From positions 3,844,001-3,908,000 of the forward strand of contig NC_047076.1 in assembly GCF_902459465.1 (NCBI RefSeq): 64,000 bases of DNA, in the 5' to 3' direction. This DNA is from Asterias rubens. Taxonomy: Eukaryota. Positions 51,075-62,951 of the stretch are shown one piece after another (the first letter of the stretch is position 1; each line of letters opens with the position of its first letter). A program made the translations under genes and the position numbers. Below the pieces are notes generated by a model. That model made no database searches, was not told the origin of the DNA, and was given only the letters and a program-made list of their open reading frames with translations.

Positions 51075-51330
51075 TATGATATTTACTCAAAATAATTGTT
51101 ACCAGTAAAACTATCTCGATAACGAGCAGTGGAGAGCTGTTGATTCATCATTGTGGGAAACGGTTCTCTCTGAACGTAGTTTTTGAGACAGAAGTAATTT
51201 CTCATTTAAATAATAATAGACTTATCTCGGGCCCGAATCCCTTTTTATGCAAATTTGTGCAACAGGGGTGGGTTTTTTATTATGTCATCATTGTCTTGCA
51301 ATTAAATTCTTTGTATTTATTTGGGGAGGT
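51075..51330 (+). mobile_element. Family A, diverged fragment
   Basis: tttactcaaaataattgttacc..acgagcagtggagagctgttg... Confidence 0.7.
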
Positions 51331-51404
51331 GTTCAAACCCATGTCGTCCGAGTGGACGCACTAGTTGTTTACTGACACCAGATGCATCACAGTATTGGGA
51401 TACA

Positions 51405-51922
51405 TTGAAGACACTGGACACTATTGGTAAAAGGAGACTTTCCAACGCTAGGTGGCAGCAGACATACCGGGTAAATTTCCATTGTTTACGTAGTTCTGAA
51501 CATGCGCATAATTCTGAGAACAATGGATTTACCCGGTAAGTCTGCTGCCCTCTATCGTCCCAGAAAGTCTCCCATTGTCAAAGACCAGTCTTCTCACTCG
51601 GTGTATCTTAACATATGCATAAAATAACAAACCTGTGAAAATTTAAGCTCAATCGGTCGCGAGATAATAATGAAAGAAAAAAAAACACCAATGTCACACG
51701 AAGCTGTGTGCTTTCAGATGCTTGATTTCGAGACCTCAAATTCTAAACTTGAGGTCTCGAAATCAAATTCGTGGAAAATTACTTCCGTCTCGAAAACTAC
51801 GTCACTTCAGAGGGAGCCGTTTCTCAAAATGTTTTCAACCTCTCCCCTTTACCCGTTACCAAGTAAGTTTTTTATGCTACAAATTATTTTGAGTAATTAC
51901 CAATAGTGTCCACTGCCTTTTA
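51405..51922 (-). mobile_element. Family A MITE (palindrome subfamily) with family H inserted in its TIR
   Basis: gacactggacactattggtaa [H] attgtcaaagacc ... ccaatagtgtccactgcctttta. Confidence 0.9.
51432..51573. mobile_element. Family H palindromic MITE
   Basis: aggagactttc..gctaggtggcagcagacataccgggtaaat ... atttacccggtaagtctgctgccctcta..gaaagtctccc. Confidence 0.85.
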
Positions 51923-52439
51923 GTTTCTTTCACCCCATCTTGCCTCCAAGGGATAGTCGGCTCCCACTTTCATCTTATGTCTTACGGTAAGCTCGGAGCA
52001 CCGCTAGGTCAAATCGTAGTCTCCAAAACACTTGCATGGTGCGCCGCGTCATAATGCCGGTGAAAATACACTTCATACAATTCTCACAGATTAAAGTTGA
52101 TCTTTATCAGAAATATTTTTAAAAGGGTTTGGAGACATTTTGTGGCTCAAATTTTTGGGCATGACATACCCCTACTGACTGTGAATGTAGTTTTTTGTAG
52201 TAAAATAAATAAATACAATGATTATATATAAACACCACCTATTGATTGAAACACAGCAGAGGTCTACATTTATCACAATAATTGATAAAGCTTAGGGGGT
52301 AACAACAAGTGCAGTGTTAAGTATGCCGGTGCCATGATATACCAACTCGCCAACAAAATACTGTGATATCCCAAACAAAAAACATCCTGTACAATCGGTA
52401 TTTTGATACCTGGAACTCCCAGAGAGTGACCTGCGGTTA

Positions 52440-52720
52440 TTGAAACCATAAACTCACCGCTCTCAGATTCTCTGGCGAGAGTCTCAAACACCTTACGTGA
52501 TTACGGGCACTCGGCAAAGAGACGACACTTGGACGCGAAAATGGCCGCGGCGCCGGGACGATCGCGGCTAAAGTGACGGCATGCTTGAGCTCAATTGCCG
52601 CTAGCTGTCGATGTCCGCCCCCAAAAAACCGCTGAAACAATTGATGGAACTGGGACGGAACCCTCCAAATGGAAAGGGTCCGGCAAATTGTCCGGTTGAA
52701 ATTGTCTTTAATTAAGCTAT
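52440..52720 (-). promoter_or_regulatory. CpG-rich promoter / first-exon-like region
   Basis: Locally GC/CpG-rich; YY1-type AAAATGGCCGC at ~52530-52541; minus-strand donors CAC|GTAAGG and GCG|GTGAGT. Confidence 0.35.
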
Positions 52721-53057
52721 TTCGGTTTCAATTAGTTAGGTTGTTTTGGGTTTGAGAACGGGAGCTGGAAATGGCCAGTAATTGTTATTGAGTATGGAAC
52801 AGGAGCTGAAATTGTCACCAATTCAGCTTGCTTGTTTTTTTTTCTCTGAAGATGAGAGTAGCTTTCATTCCTCACTAAATGGCCCTTGAGTTGGACACAA
52901 ATTCCTTCATTAAAAAAGTTAAGGGTGTAATGATATAAGACTTCGAGTATTGAGTGACAGTTCGATGTCGCTGCTTCATGTATGTTTCTCCTACTGCTAA
53001 AGTACAAGTGAGTTTCTTGTCACGGCTATTATTAAAGGGAGGTTGGGCAGTACTGGT

Positions 53058-53345
53058 TTAAAGGCACTGGATACTATTGGTAAAACCTAAATTGGTAATA
53101 TAACAAGTAACGGGGAGGGGTTGATAGTATAAAACATTGTGAGAAACGGCTCCCTCTGAAGTGCCATAGTTTTCGAGAAAGAAGTAATTTTCAAAATAAT
53201 AGTTACTTACTTGGTGAACGAGCAATGGAGAGCTGTTGATAGTATCAAACATTGTGAGAATTGTGAGAAACGGTTGCCTAAGTATAAACGTAGTTTTTGA
53301 GAACGAGGTACCTTCTCACTTAAATAATAGAAGACTTCAGACCGT
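53058..53345 (+). mobile_element. Chimeric family A (two left halves head-to-tail)
   Basis: The left ~135 bp of one subfamily is joined at gtaattttc|aaaataa to a second A left half. Confidence 0.75.
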
Positions 53346-53773
53346 GCACTGTCGTGATGGCGTGTTTGCTTTTACTAGTCGAATCGGGGCATGTTGGCTT
53401 GTGCGAGTGCGTACTCCACTGTACGTAGGCATTTTTTGCTAGTACACAGGTAGCATAGAAATTTGGCGCTTGGACGGTAAGCGGAGAATGGTGATCGGAA
53501 GTGCAAAATTCGGCGGTTAGCAGAGCCCTGAAATTGCGCATGGGTCACAAATGTTGTTCTTTTGTTTTAAATAGAATTGACATCCGAAAAAAAAGTTAAT
53601 GATTTGTTTCAAGGGATTCCCTTTTTGAATCAACTTTTTAAAAAGAAAAATCCCCATGAAAAACACTACGACAGTGGCAATGTTGGTGTACAGAAAAAAA
53701 TCGTTTCCTGCCGTGTCATTCCGTAAGGTTCAATGTCTTATTTCAAATAGCTTCTGTAACACTTCTACGTCCA

Positions 53774-54158
53774 TTAAAGGCAGTGAACACTACTGGTAAT
53801 GATTCAAAATAATTGTTGGCATAAAACCTTTCTTGGTGACGAGTAATAGGGAGAGGTTGATGGTATAAAACATTGTGAGAAACGCCTCCCTCTGAAGTGC
53901 CAGTTTCCGAGAAAGAAGTAGTTTTCCACGATTTTGATTTCGATACCTCAGATTTAGAACTTGAGGTCTTGAAATCAACCATCTAAACGCACACAGTTTT
54001 GTGTGACAATGGTTATTTTTCTTCCATTATTATCTCGTAACTTTGATGACCGAATGAGCTCAAATTTTCACAGGTTTGTTATTTTATGTATTATGTTGAG
54101 ATGCAACAACTGTGGAGGGTAGTCTTTGACACTTACCAATAGTGACCACTGCCTTTAA
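53774..54158 (+). mobile_element. Family A MITE, full length, palindrome subfamily
   Basis: TTAA ends and TIRs. Confidence 0.95.
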
Positions 54159-54489
54159 TACACTCCACTATATCATGATATTGTGTTTCAGAAGTTCACT
54201 ATCCCATTATTTAAAGTCATTGGTACTTCATAATATAAGCACCACAAGGCTTACCAGCTGTTCGGCTGCCTGGCATGATTTACACAAGCCCCACGTAGGG
54301 AACAAACATTGGAGAAAGTACTCGCAACCCGAGTATGGGGTTCAACCAAAATGCATTCCCCCTAAAAACCACAGTCCTCTGCAAGAGTGTTTGGAAATAT
54401 TTTTGATTGATTGGTATCACTCTTAAGAAGTGTAAATCAGATATATTTTTGTTTGTTAATCCGTCCGATGTCCTGTTGGATTGTGAATC

Positions 54490-54782
54490 TTAAAGGGTCT
54501 GTAGGTGATTTTTGGTAAGGAATCTGAAAATTAATGGGATTCGGATGATAATGCTTTTTCAGAAACCGTTCACTTCAAAATAGGCCCCCATGCGGTTTAA
54601 GGAAACGATTTTTACCCCAAATCTGTTTCCCTTTTTCATTCCCCAAAGTTTGAATCTGACAAGCGTTTACTGACAAAAACATTTCTCGGATTGTGCATTC
54701 CAGTTGCAGATTAATCTCCATGGGTGGACATAATCGCTCCAGATTTTCGGCAGTACATTAAACAAAAGTGTTACCGCTTTAA
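54490..54782. mobile_element. Possible TTAA-flanked element of another family
   Basis: ttaaagggtctgtag ... gttaccgctttaa; only a short terminal match. Confidence 0.35.
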
Positions 54783-55013
54783 TGAGTGTACTTGAAAGCG
54801 TACATAGTAAAGGTATACACCGATCGATATGTGTTCCACACGCGTTTCTAATTGCCTTGTACTGTCAACGCCTAAACCGGTTTTAACTATATTGTATGAG
54901 GAGAACAAATCTAATTCTACGCACGGCCGTATCAATCATTTGCACCTGAATTTTAAGCATGGTGAGTAAAGAAGAATCGAGCAGGACGACATTTGTGGTC
55001 AGACTCAAATGTT

Positions 55014-55205
55014 TTAAAGACAGTGGACACTATTTATTGTTTGTTTTACTCTGAACACTTGTTACCATAAAAACTTACTTGGTAACGAGCAATGGAGAGA
55101 TATTGATAGTGTACAACATTATGAGAAACGGCTCCCTCTGAAGTTTTTTTAGAAAGAGGTAAGTTCTCACTCAAATAATACTGAAGTCTTTTACTATGCA
55201 TCTAA
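55014..55205 (+). mobile_element. Family A left part, ending at a family E insertion
   Basis: ttaaagacagtggacactat ... actatgcatctaa|gggtgcg. Confidence 0.75.
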
Positions 55206-55433
55206 GGGTGCGTTCGAGGTCGATTAGCTTCCCCGTGAGCCCCTGACAGGCTAATCGAACGTTCACTCACCCTAACGTGGTGACGTCATGCACCTGGGGC
55301 CAGCCCCCAAGTGACCCACTCCACAAGCAGGTCACTTGGGGATGACCCGGGTTAGCCCCTGGAATGACCTCAAAGCTATTCGAAAGCACCGGGCAGACCG
55401 GGGTCGACCCAGGGAAGCTAACCGAACGCACCC
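55206..55433. mobile_element. Family E MITE, TAA TSD
   Basis: taa|gggtgcgttcga ... gctaaccgaacgcaccc|taa. Confidence 0.9.
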
Positions 55434-57074
55434 TAAAAGACTCTCATTACAGCGGATCAGTCTTTGTTGTAAAAACACCCAGCGGATCAACAACCTTGCC
55501 CTTGCCACTCTAACTTTATAACTAAAGTTTCACATGCGTATTCTCGTGGAAGTCGGGGGAAATGGGATTTGAACTTATTCCTATATGTCTTCGCATAGTA
55601 AGTAAAACATGCCTAATTTTGGTCGAGCCCGTTGCGATTGTAAAACGCACTAAAAAAAGGTTAAAATTAAGAGAAGACAGAAGGATACAAATGAAGAAAA
55701 GAACACTTGGAAAATGATAACATTCAAACATTCAATCACCACGATGATATATCAGTGATATCATAAAAGCTTCTATTGAGACAAAATGTAATTAATATGT
55801 TGAAAAACATAACCTTAAAGGTGACCTAAGGCAGTAATAAGCAATGCTCAGTCGCACAGATGTCTTTGAAGATTGCAGAAATTAATTTTGAGGCATCATT
55901 CTGTATCCTACCCCTTTTTTTCTCTCTGACGTATCTAGCGGTTGTCTAGGCAATGAGAAGTAGAACATGTGGACAATTGGGGTAACCATATGCTCAACTG
56001 GAGTGTGATCAAAACACTGCACAGTTCCCCACGCGTGACGTCATACATCCACGTTTGTTCTGCCCTCAACGTTGGATAATTCAAACTCTTGAGCTGTTAT
56101 GTCAGGACTAAGGGAATCGCCATCGGCAATGGACTCGCTCGGAGACATGTAATGTTCTGCGTCCCTCGCTCTCATTCTAATGGCCCTTGACGCGTTTTGG
56201 TTCCTGCCGCAATTACCGAGTCAATACAGGCAAACCAGACTACGGCCGCACTTACTCAACGACTTCTCTCAGATGTACCTCCTGCAACACATTATTTGCA
56301 ACCCCTTATATTTGTATTATACACATTACTGGGGCGAAGAGGGTTGCCTGGTCGATACTATATACCGAGCAAACATTACATGAAGCTACTTTGCAATATT
56401 ATTATGTCCCTACCGTGCCTCGGTGAATTCTTACCCGGGTTTTTTTGACGAGCATTGACAGGATATCTCCAAAGAGAGCGAGGGAGTGGGGAGCAGTTGC
56501 GCGTGGTGCTGTCTTTGTTCATGGGTCCATCTCGTTTGATTTCACCCTACTCGCAAAGACAAGCCATACAACTCTCGCCTTAAACTCTGCTGATGTCAAA
56601 TTTGATGCGCAAGCTCTTAAATTACGGATGTATGTCTGTGGGGGAGTGGGGGGGGAGGTCAAACGAGATACGGTCTTGACATTGCCATAGTGTATACCTT
56701 ACCGTGACTGATAACGACTCCACGTGCGGAGTTTGATCCAAATTTTATTCGACCCTGGCCTACTTTAAACACCCTCTGGGCAAAAAGAGGAGGACAATTA
56801 CTCCAGATGATTTGCCTCCCTCTATAGTATATAGAGGTACCAGTTGCTCTTTTCAAAGCCCCCGTCTATGAACAACAAATTAGGGACACGACGGCACATT
56901 CTTGGGGTGCGCTAACACGGTACACGAGTACACCCCCGGGCACCTTCACAGTTTGTTTCGCTACGCATCGAGATGCAAGGAGTCATGATGAATGGATTCC
57001 AACATTGGTGGAAATCTCAAAGTGAAAACGACCTTCGGGAAATTATTTTGTCTTTTTAGGGGCATCCATTGTTT

Positions 57075-57260
57075 TATTTTTGTAGGTAATGGGGAGATAT
57101 ATGATGGAGCACTCGTTTTATTGAATGCTTTGTTTAAGGGTGGAACAAAATGGACCGGGTTAAAAAATAAGTGTTTTTTTTTTTTTTAGAGACATCCTTC
57201 ATTTTTTTAGGTAATGGGGATTTATGACGAAGCGCTCGTTTATTGAATGCTTTGTTTTGA
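57075..57260. repeat. Short direct duplication
   Basis: taggtaatgggga..tatga.g.agc.ctcgttt.attgaatgctttgttt occurs twice. Confidence 0.75.
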
Positions 57261-57314
57261 TATAAAAATGAGTTCGGGGAAAAAAGTAAGAACAAAAACA
57301 TTACTCACAAATTA

Positions 57315-57685
57315 TTTGTAATTACTCAAAGTAATTACTAGCATAAAACTTTACTCGGTAACGAGTAATGGGGAGAGGTTGATAGTATACAACATTGTGA
57401 GAAACGGCTCCCTCTGAAGTAACTTACTTTTCGAGAAAGAAGTAATTTTCCACGAATTTGATTTCAAGACCTCAGATTTAGAGTTAATTTTATGTCTAGA
57501 AATCAAGCATCTGAAAGCAAACAACTTCGTGTGACAAGGGTGTTTTTGGTTTCATTATTATCTCGCAACTTTGACGACCAATTGAGCTCAAATGTTCAAA
57601 GGTTTGTTACTTTTTGCATATGTTGAAATACACCAAGTGAGAAGACTAGTCTTTGACAATTACCAACAGTGTCCACTGTCTTTAA
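57315..57685 (+). mobile_element. Family A MITE, palindrome subfamily
   Basis: gtaattactcaaag ... ccaacagtgtccactgtctttaa. Confidence 0.9.
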
Positions 57686-57984
57686 GATGGGCTCTTCGTT
57701 GTGAAACAAGCGTAAGGTCAACCATATTAGACTATCCCGAGTTAAAACAGGGCCTTAATTAATTAAACAGTTGTCTCTCTACTTTTATACACGCCCCCGT
57801 CCCTCGGGTTCTTGATTAAGTAATTGATCGAGAATTCAGATTCATGATGTCAGCTCATGGTTGGGTAGCGTGTTGTTAATCTAAACACAACTCCGCATAT
57901 CACACATCGTAGTAGTTCTTGGTCCTTGATTAATCCCACATAACGACACCTTTCGAGGTTCATCAACGTTAAATAAAAAATGCT

Positions 57985-58130
57985 TTAAAGGCACTGGACA
58001 CCTTTGGTGATTGTCAAAAATCAGTTTTCGCACTTGGTGTATACCCCAACACATGCATAAGTTAATAAATCTGTGAAAATTAGGACTCAATTGGTCATAG
58101 AAGTTGCGAGATAACTGACAGAAAGAAACG
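57985..58130 (-). mobile_element. Family A fragment
   Basis: ttaaaggcactggacacctttggtgattgtc... Confidence 0.75.
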
Positions 58131-58639
58131 CACTGTAACTCTCAACTGTTCATTCTCTTTCCCCGTGCCTTCAAACGTCTTAAAATTTTAAAATGTACAA
58201 GCCGATAAAGGCAACCTATTTCGAATTACATTATATTTTTTATTAAAGAGCAAGATTATGCATGATGGGGTTCAGAACCGCAGAGGCAGAAACAAACCAT
58301 TTAACTCTGAAAATATTTGTCTAAAATTAGAATTTTGAATTATAAAAGTGCAGCGCCTCTGCTTGTAATAACCAATCATATTATTTGCACAGGTGTCTCG
58401 AGTCCTCGCATTGTTTTATTTTTCAATTTTGTTTCTTTTGCCGTTTCCATTCTATGGCAAAGTGAAATATGAGATTGCCCTTTATACTGTCCCCTCCCCC
58501 CTACCCTAAGGGTATGAAGTGTCGGCTGAAATTTCGTTATAGTGCTAGTCCAATCAAATGGCGGATTGCTCTCTCTCTCTCTCTCTGTTTATTGGTGCTA
58601 GAATGGGAAACCCCTAAAATGGCAGCGCGCCGGTGCTTT

Positions 58640-58990
58640 TGGTTGATACCATGGCCCAGTTGCAAGAAGCTGACGGACAAAACTCTTTGCTTAGCAGAAA
58701 TGGACTGGAGTACCAACCACAACAAAGCAAACTTAATTTAATTTTAGCTGGTAACCTGTATCTGTTAAGCAATACTTGTCTTTGCTTAGAAAGTTTGTGT
58801 GCTTACTGCAGGCTTTATGAAATTGAGCCCCGAAATTTCTTTGCTATTAAGCAAAAGTTGAGTGGGGTGCAAATCAGTCTGGTTCCAATCACAACAGTGT
58901 AAGCTTGATATAATTTGGGCTGGTAAACCTGTATCTGTTAATAAGCAAGACTTGTTTGTGCTTACAAGCTTTTTGAAATTTAGCTCGGTG
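58640..58990. mobile_element. Two tandem family D-like copies
   Basis: gctggtaacctgtatctgttaa..gtgctta..gctt..tgaaatt.agc.c occurs twice. Confidence 0.6.
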
Positions 58991-59339
58991 TGTATTCGAG
59001 GAACTGCCCGATTTCGAAAGCTTCTCCTTAAACTTGTGGGATAATTGGGGCATGTCTGTAAAAAAAAACTAACCTGTTTTCCCTCATCTCCTTTTTTGTT
59101 AATAATGGCTGCAGTAATAACTGCTTAATGCGATCCCGCTGAGCTCTTTAATAATCGACAGCATTTGTTTGCCCCAGTGGAAATTCACGCCGGGCTTGGA
59201 GTGAAATAAAGGGTGAAGAGAAATGATCATCTCGCTTAGGAAGGTCCCTCTACGCGATCATGTATGGATAATTGGGCAGATGGTGGATGGATACAGGTCA
59301 AGCTTGGATATCAAATTATAACGTGCTACCTTTGTAAGA

Positions 59340-59900
59340 TTATGAAATACTGGCGTGAAAACCGTTGGGCTCTTGTGAAATTTTCGAATAAAAGTGTATT
59401 AACTTTTTCTTGATATTAAAGACAAAGGTAAGGTATTCTACAATGATCCACCTCATCGATAATACATTTTAATTTCCAGACCTTTTTTGAAGAAAATGAT
59501 ATACTGTCGTGATATCTCTGGGCTCTTGTGAAAGTTTAAACCAAAAAAATAATTTTTCTTGAAATCAAATACAAAGTTAAGATACTGGCATGACCCAGAC
59601 CGTAAACCTAATTGATCATAAAGTTTAATTCTCCAGACCTTTATGGAAGATGATGAAATACTGACTTGACATCTCTGGGCTCTTGTGGAAAGTTCAACAA
59701 AAAAGATACTCACTTTTTCTTGAAATTAAAGACAGCTAGTATTTTAAGTGCTTTCTTTTAGGTGCTTTATCCCCGATGCAAATTTAACATCTCTTATGCT
59801 TTCATGAAGTTCTTTCTTTTCATATATTAGACAGAAAACGAACATCCTTATTTTACTATCCAGACCGTAAACCGTATTGATTATAAAGCTTATATCTAAA
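59340..59900. repeat. ~155-bp diverged tandem array
   Basis: atga(a/t)atactg..gggctcttgtg.aa..tttttcttga.at.aaa occurs three times; ccagaccgtaaacc twice. Confidence 0.75.
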
Positions 59901-60783
59901 GAAAACAAATCTGTCGATAAAACAATTGGATAAGGTGAATTGCAACCATTCAAATAAATCAGCGCGCATTCTAAACGTGCACAAAACTGTTTTTCAAATT
60001 ACTGCCACTCAAACTAGTAACCACATTTTAGTTACAATTTTTACAGATGTGTCGTAATGTGAGTGATAATAGAAAACTATATGAAGTTACAATTTTGGAA
60101 GAAAACAAAATTTCTATTAATACAAATTGTTGCTATCTATGTTTCAAACTGGTCTGGGAGCAGTGAACCACCTAGTCTGGTATCATTTTCAATGTAAGTG
60201 TTGTGCTTGCTTGGTCTCATAACATCGTTCTAAACCGTCTACACCAGACTAAATAGTTTGTAGCCGAGAGTGTCATAATGACAAACATGGTGCAACATAA
60301 ATTTACACTATATATTTCTATTTTGATAGTTATATCTATGCAAAAAAATTGTAATTGGTCTGATGTTTCCACGCAAGCAGAGTCAATCTCGAATGCTGCA
60401 ATTCTATTATTATTTTTTGTATAAACTATTATTCCGAGCATTGCAAAAACCCAGTATCAATTATGACTATAAATAACATCATTCGAATTATTCCTCTGAA
60501 CTTATTCTAGACCTTTCAATTTGCAGAATCCCTTGAAGAATTTAATCTATATTCGACCAGACACTGCTGATAAATTACACAAAGCATCTCAACTTACATT
60601 GTGTTACACGCAAGCCATATCCGCTGATGAGTTTGTCTATTTTATTGCAATCCTTAAAACGCAATTTACTGTTTGTTTCCAGTGAAGCTACTCAATGCTT
60701 TGAAACAACACCAATATTTCGGTTATAGCTAATAGAACAACACTGGAAACCAATTTGAGGTTCTTTTGCCACACACTTACTGA

Positions 60784-61174
60784 TTAAAGCACTTGACACC
60801 TTTGGTAATTGTCAAAGACCAGTCTTCTCACTTGGTGTATCTCTTCGTTATGCATACAATAATAAAGCTGTGAAATTTTGAGCTCAATAGTTATTGGTCT
60901 TCGAAGTTGAGAGAGAATGGAAAAAAACACCCTTGCTCGTACTAGTTGTGTGGTTTCAGATGTTTGAATTCCAGACCTCAGGCTGCTGAGGTCTCGAAAT
61001 TAATTCAAATATTTTTAGTGAGAAATTACTTCTTTGTCAAAAACTACGTCACTTCAGAGGGAGTCGTTTATCACAATGTTTTATACTACCAACAGCTCCC
61101 TATTACTCGTACCAAGCAAGTTGTTATGCTAACAATTATTTTTAGTAGTTACCAATAGTGTCCAGTGCCTTTAA
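60784..61174 (-). mobile_element. Family A MITE, palindrome subfamily
   Basis: ttaaagcacttgacacctttgg ... ccaatagtgtccagtgcctttaa. Confidence 0.9.
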
Positions 61175-61177
61175 AGA

Positions 61178-62111
61178 GGTACTCGGCCCGCAGTGGTTTA
61201 CGCTGTACACTTTACCGATTTGTGATATCATCCTCAAATTTAATCTGAATTACCATGTGTACGCAGACGACACTCAGCTATACATCACGTTTAAATCTTC
61301 TCAAGAAAACGCCAATGCATCTATTGCAAGACTTGAGAAATGCATCCAAGAGATTCGACGTTGGACACAACAAAACTTCCTGAAGTTAAATGATGATAAG
61401 ACAGAGTTCCTTTTATTTGGGTCACGTCAACAGTTAACTAAGGTTACAGTGCCATACATCTCCATCGGTGATGCTCGGATAGCTCCCTCGCTGAAAGCTC
61501 GGAACTTGGGGGTTATTTTTGATTCATCGATGACACTTCAGCCACACATCAACAATATTGTTCGTTTATCATCATATCACATCAGGAATATAGGTAAGAT
61601 TCGCAAGTACTTGGACAAAAGTGCCACTGAAACGGTCATTCACGCATTTGTTACTTCTCGTCTTGACAACGGCAATGCTCTTCTCTACAGTCTTCCTAAC
61701 AACCAGATTTCCCGACTTCAACGGCTCCAAAATACTGCTGCCCGCATTGTGACACTGTCTAGAAAATCCTGTTCTATTACCCCCATTCTGAAACAACTAC
61801 ACTGGCTCCCTATCTCTCAACGAATCATCTTCAAGCTGATGCTCATTGTCCACAAAGCTCTAAATGGCAAGGCTCCCCACTATGTTTCTGAACTGCTTCA
61901 AGTTTACACTCCATCAAGGAATCTTCGATCAAGTTCCATGCTTCTCCTCATTGAACCCAAGTCTCGACACTCTTGGGGTGACAGGTCTTTTTCTTCAGCC
62001 GCGCCACGCATCTGGAACTCTCTACCACTTAATCTTCGATCTTTTGTTTGTACCGCAAAATTCAAGTCTCTTCTCAAAACTTATCTTATGTCACAGGTTT
62101 TCAATGACTAA
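61178..62111 (+). pseudogene. C-terminal half of LINE ORF2 reverse transcriptase (uninterrupted fragment)
   Basis: About 310 codons open. The ORF-track start at 61158 lies in the family A TIR and is not a real start. Confidence 0.9.
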
Positions 62112-62219
62112 TTTTGTTGTGTCTGTTTTTTTCTTTGTGTTGTGTTTTGTTTTTGTTTTGTTTTTGGTTTTACTGCGCCTTGAACACCCGGCAGGGTGGA
62201 TATGTGCGCATTACAAGTC

Positions 62220-62257
<38 letters not shown>
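61178..62257 (+). mobile_element. 5'-truncated L2/CR1-group LINE with (TAT)n tail
   Basis: RT motifs VLGP..F..Y, YADDTQLY, LKLNDDKTEFLLFG, HWLPI..RI.FK, GDRSFS.AAP..WN.LP; short 3' UTR and a (TAT)12 tail; ttaaaga on both flanks. Confidence 0.95.
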
Positions 62258-62259
<2 letters not shown>

Positions 62260-62632
62260 AGAACTCAATCAGTTGTTTCAGCACCAAAATTAACGAACAA
62301 TGTGCATATGAAAAAATGTTTTCTAGTTGTTTATGACGCGGGTATATATATGCAAATGCTCCAGGCTATAGACGTAACTCATGGTGCCCTTTTAACAAGT
62401 TCAATATAGAGACTGGAGCATCTGTTGACGACTAGACAATTTAAAGATAATTGACTAGAGGACACATTAAAACTGTGCTTCGACGTAGTAGTATTAAAAT
62501 AAACACTTTTTGGAAGAAGAAACAATCATGTGGTTATGTTGCAGACATTCAGGTGTAAGAGCCTTATCACACGAAGCGATGTACAGACAATTAGTTCCAG
62601 GCAATCACAAAGAAGAAAAGGGCATTCATATT

Positions 62633-62951
62633 TTAAAGACACTGGACACTATTGGTAATTGTCAAAGTCTAGCCTTAACAGTTGGTGTATTTCAACAACT
62701 ACATAAAATAGCAAACCTGTGAAAGTTGAGCTCAATTGGTCGCCCAAGTCACGAGAAGTTGTGTGCGTTAAGATGGTTGATTTTGAGACCTCAAGTTCTA
62801 AATCTGAGGTCATCTCGAAATCAAAATCGTAGAAAATTACTTCTTTCTCAAAAATTATGGCACTTCAGAGGGAGCCGCTTCTCACAATGTTTTATACCAT
62901 CAACCTCTCCCCATTACTCGTAACCAAGAAAGGTTTTATGCTAATAATTAT
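62633..62951 (-). mobile_element. Family A MITE, internally deleted and truncated, palindrome subfamily
   Basis: ttaaagacactggacactattgg ... ggttttatgctaataattat. Confidence 0.9.
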
